From a virus: 64,000 nucleotides of DNA. A program made the position numbers and the translations under genes. Position 1 is the first letter of the stretch; the number at the start of each line of letters is the position of its first letter. Shown here in pieces: positions 56,431-64,000 of this stretch. The notes beneath the pieces were generated by a model that saw only the letters and a program-made list of their open reading frames with translations, ran no database searches and was not told the origin of the DNA. The DNA is taken from IMG/VR virus record IMGVR_UViG_3300010397_000003, positions 1 to 64,000 of that record, one strand, 5' to 3'.

Positions 56431-57861
56431 TTAGCCATCCAAATCGGCCCAACGATGTCGGCCGTTTGGACTCCCCGCACCGGCCGCAACTCCGGCCCCT
56501 ACAGGGATTCTTGCTCTCTCCGTCTGATCCAATTTATCGTTATGAGACTGAGCGCGTGTCTTGAAATACTCGTTGCGGCCGGCGATGAGCAACGTGCCGA
56601 GGTCTTTCGCCTTGGCAAGTAGCTTTTGCTGAACCCGTGACGGATCTCCGTTTGTGCGCTGCTTTTTGTGGGACAAATAACCAAACTCTCTTCCTGATTG
56701 TGCGTAAGCCTCACGAGCGGCATTGAATTCATCCAAGGCTTTCTGGTCGATGCCCATTTCCTTGAATGCAGATTCAGCCGCAAAGCGAGTGTCGGGATGC
56801 GACAGTGCCGCAACAGCCACGGCTACCAGTGCTCCTTCACGCTTATTTACTTCAGGATTGTCAGTTGGTTTCCACGTCTCATAAATATGATTCGCGAAAT
56901 TTGTGAACGTACTCTTGAATCCCTGCTCGACGTACTGCTCCCCAGCGTCGTTAGCTTCTTGCTCCACGCGCTGCGCTGCTTCCACTTCAGCCCGTTGTTC
57001 CGCTGCTACTCGCCGCTCTTCATTGGCTTGCAGTAGTTCGTTTTGCTGAAGTGTTCGCAGGGTGTTTTTGACAAATTCAGGAGTTCGATCCAAAAGCTCC
57101 AGACGATCTTCGTAAGGAAGTTTTCGGTATCTGTCCTGTAAAGCCCGCTCTTCAGCGGTCACTTTGTCGGGATCATTTACGAGTCGATCCAGTTCATCTT
57201 GAGATGGCGTCCACGTAGGCGCAGGAACCGCGGATGGCTCAACCCCTCCAAGCATTTGCAAGGCGCGCGACCGTAATTGCGGGTCGTTCGCCATCACTTG
57301 AAGAACGAGTTCTGCTCGCGTTACAGGCTGTCCAGTGGCCGGATGCTTTGTCTGGCCCCAAACCAAGGCAGACGTTAAATAATCTGCTCGTTCAGGGTCG
57401 TCAGTGCTTATCTGCTGCGCAAACCCTGTAGGGTCAGGCCGCAACGCACCCGTGTCATCAGGACTGTACTTGTTCAGCGATTCATTCAGCGTGACGAGCT
57501 TCTGCGCCTCATCGGGCGTCTGAAACCGCTCTAAAACGGGTTCAAATGATTCGACTCGCGCTTTGAGTTCTTTGTGTTCCGCTGAAAGTGGTTCAAGCGT
57601 CGAACGCATCTGAAGGAGCCCCGCCGCGAGGTCGATCCCTTTCTCTTTCATCGCCGTCAGTTCTTCAACAGACGGGATGCCAGCAAAGACATCTTGCTCT
57701 GGCGGTTTTTCAGCTTGCGTTGATTGATCAGACGGTTGTTTTACGTCGGTTGACGAGACTCCTTCTGGAGCAACCGTACCCGTTGCGACTGACGAAGCCG
57801 CCGCATCTGGCGATGCGCTCAAATCTGGGCTTGATTGAGATACGTCTAGTTCATCTGCCAT
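56431..57861 (-). CDS. scaffolding-like protein
   Basis: acidic disordered N-terminus, coiled coils, upstream of capsid. Confidence 0.6.
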   Translation of the reverse strand: MADELDVSQSSPDLSASPDAAASSVATGTVAPEGVSSTDVKQPSDQSTQAEKPPEQDVFAGIPSVEELTAMKEKGIDLAAGLLQMRSTLEPLSAEHKELKARVESFEPVLERFQTPDEAQKLVTLNESLNKYSPDDTGALRPDPTGFAQQISTDDPERADYLTSALVWGQTKHPATGQPVTRAELVLQVMANDPQLRSRALQMLGGVEPSAVPAPTWTPSQDELDRLVNDPDKVTAEERALQDRYRKLPYEDRLELLDRTPEFVKNTLRTLQQNELLQANEERRVAAEQRAEVEAAQRVEQEANDAGEQYVEQGFKSTFTNFANHIYETWKPTDNPEVNKREGALVAVAVAALSHPDTRFAAESAFKEMGIDQKALDEFNAAREAYAQSGREFGYLSHKKQRTNGDPSRVQQKLLAKAKDLGTLLIAGRNEYFKTRAQSHNDKLDQTERARIPVGAGVAAGAGSPNGRHRWADLDG

Positions 57862-57904
57862 ACAAGGCAGATAAGACCATAAAGTTTGCTTTTACGTTTT
57901 GGGG

Positions 57905-58195
57905 TTAATATCCGTGCCCGAACGGGCCGACGCCACCACCCGCGCCCGCGTGGCCTATTGAGCCGCCAAGATGAGGGGTTTCTGCCGTGTCTGGACGCTT
58001 GAATCGCTTGAGCAGGGAAGCCATTCCCGCGCCAGCAGCTTGCGCGTCTTGTGTCTGTCCGTCGCCCATTGGCATCCACTGTGCTTGTTCAGGCCCGGAG
58101 TAGAGAGGTAGGTTAGCCACAGGAGCAGGCTGCTGAAATTGCGGAGCGTCTGGCTGTAAGCGGCGGCGCATCTCTTCTTCGTATGGATTTAACAT
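57905..58195 (-). CDS. small Gly/Pro-rich virion protein
   Basis: AGGAG RBS before MLNPYEE. Confidence 0.5.
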   Translation of the reverse strand: MLNPYEEEMRRRLQPDAPQFQQPAPVANLPLYSGPEQAQWMPMGDGQTQDAQAAGAGMASLLKRFKRPDTAETPHLGGSIGHAGAGGGVGPFGHGY

Positions 58196-58202
58196 GTCTC
58201 TC

Positions 58203-61200
58203 CTATGTTCGGAACGCTTCACTTCCAGCCTTGAACGGATTGCGCGGCGGTAGCCAGGGTTTCAATAACGATTGTGACGCACCGGACGGAACTGGAAATG
58301 TTTGTTTCTGCTTCTTAAACTTTTGCGGACGAGGGGTTGCATCGTAAGCCGCCTGCCCTTCTTTTTCCGCCGCAGTCTTTACCTGTTTCAGTCTTTCAAT
58401 CTTATTTTCATCCGAGTCTTTCTGGTATTCAGGGTTTGCTACTTCTTTTTCAAGTGCGCGGCGGATATAGCCATTAACGAGCGGTTGGCGCTCGGCAAAT
58501 TCTTTCCGTGTTTCATCGGGATGCCTTTGCGCGCCCCGAAGCGGCATGCCAAGTCGTTCAATTTCCTTGCGAGAGCCGGGTCTGTCCGAGCCGTAGATAT
58601 CCGACGCCGGGCCTGACGGGAAATCCTCACGCACGCGAATGCCTGTTGCTGCGACCGCGCCAATGGGAACTGACTTCGCGAGCGCCCCGGCGTTGCTGGC
58701 ACCCTTCTCGCGCTCCGCATAATACGTTCGAGCGGCCTCCGCTAAAGGAATGGGCGTTTGGGTGCTCCAAACATATTCCGGCCAAGTGTATCGAGGAGAC
58801 TTGATCGTGCCTTCCTCTTTAGAAAACGGTAGTGGGCGTCCGCCATAGTCCGACTGCAACCAAATGTCCGCACCAGTCCCAAACAGAGGTGATAATTTAG
58901 AGCGGCCGTACTTAAATGTAGTCGTTGCCGCATCACCGATCTTCTCGCGCGGCTTTTTACTTTCCAATCCGATGTTCACTAAGTTGCCTACAAACCTCAC
59001 GGCGGTAAGCAGTCCACCCGCCGGGCTGATGACGTGTCCAGCAACCTTGAAAGCCAAGAAGTCCGACTTGGTAGGATCGGTTACATTGATCTTATCGTCA
59101 CTGCCCGATGCTGTCAGCAGTCCTTGATTCGCAGCCAAGAGCGCACCGTAAGTCGCGACTAATTGCGCGTTGCGGCTCGCTACTCGCTTTGCCATGTAAC
59201 GCTCTTCAGGTTTGGCGTTCTTCCAATTAGAAAATGCCTTGATCGCGCGATAATTGTCCCGCACAAGAAAATCCCACCGTGAGGCTTCCAATGGCGCGGC
59301 GAACATCGCCTTTCCGACAAATCGACTTGGCCAATCTTGACCGCTAAGAGCTTTCGACGATCCCGTGGAAGCATTGATTTCTTGCGCCAGAGCTCTTGCG
59401 GTTTCAGGGCTCTTCAGATCGCTGGTCATCTTATTCCATGCGCTATCGAACATATCCTGTCGCATGGTCTTGAGTGAATCGAAAGCGCGATTACCAGAAA
59501 CGCCTATCTTACCAAGCACCTTAGCCATCCACGGACTTTGATATTCGTCATATCCTCGTTTCGGATCGTTCGCCAGTCCGGCGCGTTGGGCCGTGATGTA
59601 GTTCGAGGAAGTTTCAAGATCAGACATTGCTCGTTCATGTCCACCCTTGCTGACCATGAACTGATAGGTACGTCCAAAGTTACGCCAAAAGTCCGCCCAC
59701 CTCGCGGGAATGAAAGCATTCGCCGGAGCGTGAGTAAATGGAGCAACCGCACCGTGACCCATCGTGGCTTTGATGAACCATAAACGACGAGCGTCCTCAA
59801 ACGCCTTAACCGCCAAAGGCGCATCGGCCTGTTTTATCCAACTCTCGGCATTAGAGCGAAGACGACGACGATCACTCATCTTCGCCCAGATTTCGTTGCT
59901 GAGTTGCTTCGCGGCTTTCGTGTTGGCCAAGGATCGCGTAACCACGTCAGGCGCAATCCCGAGGTCGCTTGCTACTTTTGCCCTGATCTCTGCGAAGTTA
60001 TTATTTCCCTTATCAACGTAATTCTCCCTTGCGTACCTCCATACCGCGCTGGCGTCTTCAGAAGAAATTGGCCCACGTTGTAGCCGCTTGCCTAGTTCTC
60101 GCTGCGCGGCTTCCGCATCCACGGCTTTTAATGTTGCCGCAACGCCCTTTTTCGTTTTTGCCCACTCGCTCTCAACTTTCTGCCCTTTGGGTGCGCCTTG
60201 ACCAAGAATCGCCTCAGCAACTTCTCGCTTGGTAACATCCGCGAAATCCTTAATTGCTCCGTGCACGTCATCAATGAGTTGGGCCGCGTCCGTTATGCCC
60301 GCCTTCGCGCGGTTCTTAGCGAGAGCGATGACCTGTTTAGTGATCTCACCTTCAGGGTCGATGCGCGCAAGTCCTGACGGCTGAATACCCGATCGGTCGC
60401 GCACCTTTTGAAAAGCCGCCGCAAGGTTCTGCTTGATAACTACGGCCTCATCATCAAGGCTCTTTCGCGTCTGCTGCCTTCCCGCGCGTCTGGACTCGCG
60501 GGCTTGATCGATGAAGCGAGATAGCGACTTCTGGACTTCATCAGGCAGGTCTTTAATTCCCGCTGCGCGATCCAGCTCCGCCGCTAATTGACTGCTGAGA
60601 TTCTTAACCTGTGAATCAACCGAAGCGTTACGATCCGCAAAGCGGTTCATTACTACCACTTCTCGCGGCGATGGTTCACGTCCTTTAGAGTCTTTGAACG
60701 CTCGATACATTCCATAGAATGTTCCTGTGTCAATGTCCGTCTCGCCCTGCTGCGCACGGCCAGTGTTGCTCCAAGCGGTCTGCATTGGCTTAACGGCATT
60801 GTCATAAAAGTCTTGCCGGACTTTCTCTGCGGCGCGGAATTCAGGACTGTCAAGTTTCCGCCTGCCGACATCAAATGCACGATTGGCCGCTTGAGCAAGT
60901 TCTTCGTGACGAGCGCGCACTAAAGCCATCGCATCGGCAGAAATCGCCCCTGATTTATCAAAGGCATCTATTGTGTCCTTTAGGTTGCCTTCGCGAAGTA
61001 GTTGACGGCCTCGCTCAACAGATTCTTGCGCACCGATAGCCTGACCACGCGACGGCTCTTCGCCTCTTGCGGCGGTTTCTACGCGATGCGCGATACCTGT
61101 CGTCTCGGCCGGAGATTGTTCCATGCCGGGGATATCAGTTTGGCGTTTAGCTGTTTGCTCACCGCCGGATATTTGCGCCCAAACCTTTCCTAAATGCTCA

Positions 61201-64000
61201 TCTGCCTTCGGCCCAAACTCTTCTCTGAGTTTCCGCGACCATTCTTCAAATGTAGGCTTAATCTTTTGATCGTAGAGTTCCCATCCACGAACAATTAGTG
61301 AGTCAATAAACTCGTAAGGGTCGGCTCCGGCATGTCGGTATTCAATGCCTTGCTGTTTTTCCGCGAGCCGATTGGCGGCACGCTCTCTGGCCGCACGAAC
61401 GACGGATGGTTCCGCTTGTGCTGTCTCAGTAGTTGGCGGATTTTCTGCACGTGAACCGGATTCGGATTGAACCCCTTCACCCGAAAATAAGTCAGGTTGT
61501 TTCTTGGCATCGTCTAACGTCTCCCTTAATGCTGCATCGAAAAATGATTCTTTAGTCGGATTCTCTCTGCCGAAGAAGGCTTGTTGCTTTGGACTGCCGG
61601 CGGCTTCAACAGCCTTCGCGTAATTGTCGAGCACGGAACTGATCGCTCTACCGCTTCGCTTGAAGCCCTCAAAGGTCTTAAGAATCTGTTTCTGAAGCGG
61701 CGTGAGATCGTCGCCAAACAGTCCGCGTTGGTTCAGATAGTCAGCGACCGCCTGCCCTTGTTCACGCAATGACGACATTTTCGCAAGCGACTTTGTTAGG
61801 TCGCTGGTGATGTCTACAGGATAGCGCTCACCTTTTTCGATTCCGTCTTTGAGAGAAGCAAACTGTCCCGCACGCTGCAACAGTGCCGTTGAAATCGCAC
61901 GGACGTTATTGTCAGGTGACTCAGCAATCTTCTCCAAGGCACGCAACCCTTCAGGTGAGTCACCGTAGGCGCGAGCAAAGATCGCGTTCCGAATTCGGGT
62001 CAGTCCATCTTGCGATATTTCACCGTCTGATGAAACGTATCGACCAAGATCGTTTGGGCCGACCACGTCTCTCATGAACGCACGAACAAACGGAGTGTTT
62101 GCTGTTGTGTTGATCTCGCCAGACTCCGAAGGCTTAAAAATAGCCAGATGCTCACTCGTTAATTGTCTGGCATCGCTCTTAGCTTGCTCTGGCGCAGACA
62201 TCGCAGCCAACGAAGACTCATTGGCTTCGCGAGCAAACTGTTCTCGATTCACATCCGAGGTTCGTAATCGAACCAAGACAGGCTCTTTGGCCGCTTCAAT
62301 GGATTTCGGATCGATCCCAAAGTTTTCCGCGTTGTCCAAAAGGTATTGTCGATAGTTGTCCGCATTGTCTTTTGCGTAAGCTCGGCGTAGTCCAATAGTG
62401 CGAGCGTTGCCCGACTCGACAATCCCATCCGGCCCGACGATTGGCGCACCATCGCTTGCTTTGGGTGATTGGGACAGGAGTTCGCCGCGAGGGTTCTTTT
62501 CAATCTTTTGAATTTGAACTTCGCCGGCTTGTCGGCTGCGATCCCTCGGCTGTAGTTCTTCTGGAAAGACAGGGTTGCGATTCAAAAGATCGTCGTGAGA
62601 AGTAATCAAGTCCTTCGCATCAACAATCGCGAGCTTCGTATCCACTTCCGTGCCACGCTCGGTGATTGCTTTAGATGTCGCGCCTTCTGATAGCGTGCGA
62701 ATTGGTGTCAAGGGTTCACGAACTAGCGCGGGACGCGCAGACGAACCTTTGGGTTCAGGGCTACTTGGAACACCCGCGGCTTCAGCAATAGGAGTTGTAG
62801 ATGCTTTAGTCTCTGGTTGAGGGGAGCGAGACTGTCTTACGATATTGGCTCTAATTTGATCTGTTAAGTCCGCCTGCTCAGTCTCAACCTGTCGCTGAAT
62901 AGCTGGATCGAAATGGCGTAGACCCTCATCTGTGATTTCTACATCACCAATGCGCCCGTAGCCCAAAGCTTTAAGTTTAGAGGCAGACTGCGAGATAACT
63001 TGATCACTCAACCCCATATCAGCCAGCAGATCAACTACGTCCTGTCCCGTGGGATTTTCGGGGAGTTCGCCGTAGATGTCTGGGCCAACTGTTTGATTGA
63101 AGGTGCGATTGATGGCGCGTAAGGCGTCAGTTGGAATTGGTCTATCTAAATCAATCGACTTACCTTGCACGGCGAGCGCTTGAGACGGCTTCCCTTCACC
63201 TACAGATACTCCACCCTCAACTTTGGGGGTCTCTGGCTGAGGGGAGACTTGAATCGTCAACGCAGGGTTCTGGGGATCGCGCCACGTGGTCGGATGCCGC
63301 GTGAACTCGGAATCATCAATAAAGATTCGCCCGTCACGCCCTCGTCCTGTTTTTGGTTTCCATGAATAAGCCAATCCCGACGCGGCCTGATAAATTTCTG
63401 CTTCACCCCTTGGTGTAACAATCGTATCGCCAGCTTTGAATCCGTTCTTTTTGAGGTGTGACTTCAGCGACTCATCTGAAATGGATTGCGCTTTGAAAGT
63501 GCGCACGTCAGATGGATCGCGCTGCGTGTAGCCTAAGTCCGTTGCCTCTTGACGAGAAACGGGCTGTTTCCCTTCAGGTACAGGTACTCCACCCTCAGAA
63601 GGTGCGGCGGGAGTCGATTGTTCTGCGGGTACTGGCGGGTTTACTTGCGCGAGTCTTTCTTCTCTCTGAGCGCGAGTTTCAGATTTGAATTGACCTTTGC
63701 CGTCTCCGCGCTGACGACGTGGTTGAAGATCTACATGGCGCGGAATATCGGCTCGAACGTTGCCGAGTTGTGCTTCTGGCTGTAGCGCACCAACTTGAAC
63801 CCGAGAAACGTCAGCCGTGGCCTCGGGAACGGATCGCGGCTCCGCGCTCTCAGGTTGCGCTGTGATATTCGGCTGCGTTTCAGTTTGTGTCGCATCTCTT
63901 GCTCCTAATTCGGTTAGACCTTCCGACTTTGCGCCACCGCCAAGAATTGCTCCTAATCCGCCTTGAACGGCAGCATCCAATAAGGCGTCAAGCATTGCCT
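58203..64000 (-). CDS. giant polyvalent/ejection protein with ddrB-like ParB domain (5' truncated)
   Basis: >1930 aa; ITSHD..NP.FP.ELQPRDR..DGAPIV..VESGNART motif. Confidence 0.8.
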   Translation of the reverse strand, partial: AMLDALLDAAVQGGLGAILGGGAKSEGLTELGARDATQTETQPNITAQPESAEPRSVPEATADVSRVQVGALQPEAQLGNVRADIPRHVDLQPRRQRGDGKGQFKSETRAQREERLAQVNPPVPAEQSTPAAPSEGGVPVPEGKQPVSRQEATDLGYTQRDPSDVRTFKAQSISDESLKSHLKKNGFKAGDTIVTPRGEAEIYQAASGLAYSWKPKTGRGRDGRIFIDDSEFTRHPTTWRDPQNPALTIQVSPQPETPKVEGGVSVGEGKPSQALAVQGKSIDLDRPIPTDALRAINRTFNQTVGPDIYGELPENPTGQDVVDLLADMGLSDQVISQSASKLKALGYGRIGDVEITDEGLRHFDPAIQRQVETEQADLTDQIRANIVRQSRSPQPETKASTTPIAEAAGVPSSPEPKGSSARPALVREPLTPIRTLSEGATSKAITERGTEVDTKLAIVDAKDLITSHDDLLNRNPVFPEELQPRDRSRQAGEVQIQKIEKNPRGELLSQSPKASDGAPIVGPDGIVESGNARTIGLRRAYAKDNADNYRQYLLDNAENFGIDPKSIEAAKEPVLVRLRTSDVNREQFAREANESSLAAMSAPEQAKSDARQLTSEHLAIFKPSESGEINTTANTPFVRAFMRDVVGPNDLGRYVSSDGEISQDGLTRIRNAIFARAYGDSPEGLRALEKIAESPDNNVRAISTALLQRAGQFASLKDGIEKGERYPVDITSDLTKSLAKMSSLREQGQAVADYLNQRGLFGDDLTPLQKQILKTFEGFKRSGRAISSVLDNYAKAVEAAGSPKQQAFFGRENPTKESFFDAALRETLDDAKKQPDLFSGEGVQSESGSRAENPPTTETAQAEPSVVRAARERAANRLAEKQQGIEYRHAGADPYEFIDSLIVRGWELYDQKIKPTFEEWSRKLREEFGPKADEHLGKVWAQISGGEQTAKRQTDIPGMEQSPAETTGIAHRVETAARGEEPSRGQAIGAQESVERGRQLLREGNLKDTIDAFDKSGAISADAMALVRARHEELAQAANRAFDVGRRKLDSPEFRAAEKVRQDFYDNAVKPMQTAWSNTGRAQQGETDIDTGTFYGMYRAFKDSKGREPSPREVVVMNRFADRNASVDSQVKNLSSQLAAELDRAAGIKDLPDEVQKSLSRFIDQARESRRAGRQQTRKSLDDEAVVIKQNLAAAFQKVRDRSGIQPSGLARIDPEGEITKQVIALAKNRAKAGITDAAQLIDDVHGAIKDFADVTKREVAEAILGQGAPKGQKVESEWAKTKKGVAATLKAVDAEAAQRELGKRLQRGPISSEDASAVWRYARENYVDKGNNNFAEIRAKVASDLGIAPDVVTRSLANTKAAKQLSNEIWAKMSDRRRLRSNAESWIKQADAPLAVKAFEDARRLWFIKATMGHGAVAPFTHAPANAFIPARWADFWRNFGRTYQFMVSKGGHERAMSDLETSSNYITAQRAGLANDPKRGYDEYQSPWMAKVLGKIGVSGNRAFDSLKTMRQDMFDSAWNKMTSDLKSPETARALAQEINASTGSSKALSGQDWPSRFVGKAMFAAPLEASRWDFLVRDNYRAIKAFSNWKNAKPEERYMAKRVASRNAQLVATYGALLAANQGLLTASGSDDKINVTDPTKSDFLAFKVAGHVISPAGGLLTAVRFVGNLVNIGLESKKPREKIGDAATTTFKYGRSKLSPLFGTGADIWLQSDYGGRPLPFSKEEGTIKSPRYTWPEYVWSTQTPIPLAEAARTYYAEREKGASNAGALAKSVPIGAVAATGIRVREDFPSGPASDIYGSDRPGSRKEIERLGMPLRGAQRHPDETRKEFAERQPLVNGYIRRALEKEVANPEYQKDSDENKIERLKQVKTAAEKEGQAAYDATPRPQKFKKQKQTFPVPSGASQSLLKPWLPPRNPFKAGSEAFRT

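Noticed and set aside
1-64000. Assigning a host taxon
   Set aside because: No host genes or verified attB in the window; any assignment would be a guess

Overview
The whole window looks like one temperate, probably podovirus-like (P22/T7-style head-tail) bacteriophage genome; I recognised no host housekeeping genes. Layout: membrane/lipoprotein genes (1-2.9 kb, minus); a long leftward early operon (3.4-22.1 kb) with a solo TnpB, VRR-NUC nuclease, three adenine methyltransferases, tyrosine integrase plus excisionase, replication initiator, SSB-like protein and exonuclease; a divergent RHH switch (21.9-22.8 kb); a rightward operon of small accessory genes (22.8-35.6 kb); a frameshifted RNase H; a 2.8-kb IS1595 element carrying a Leu-bodied tRNA with an AGG anticodon; and a leftward virion module (39.4-64 kb) ending in a giant ddrB-ParB polyvalent protein cut by the window edge. 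The main discovery candidate is a family of about 27 degenerate 60-70 bp 'arms' found only in the early regions (4-36 kb). They sit as outward-pointing inverted pairs around apparently promoterless one- or two-gene units, meet back-to-back across a 19-20 bp AT-rich core, and in places split a resident gene leaving a short duplicated core. This suggests a phage-borne, integron-like gene-cassette system. All alignments, folds and family calls were made by eye; no database search was run.
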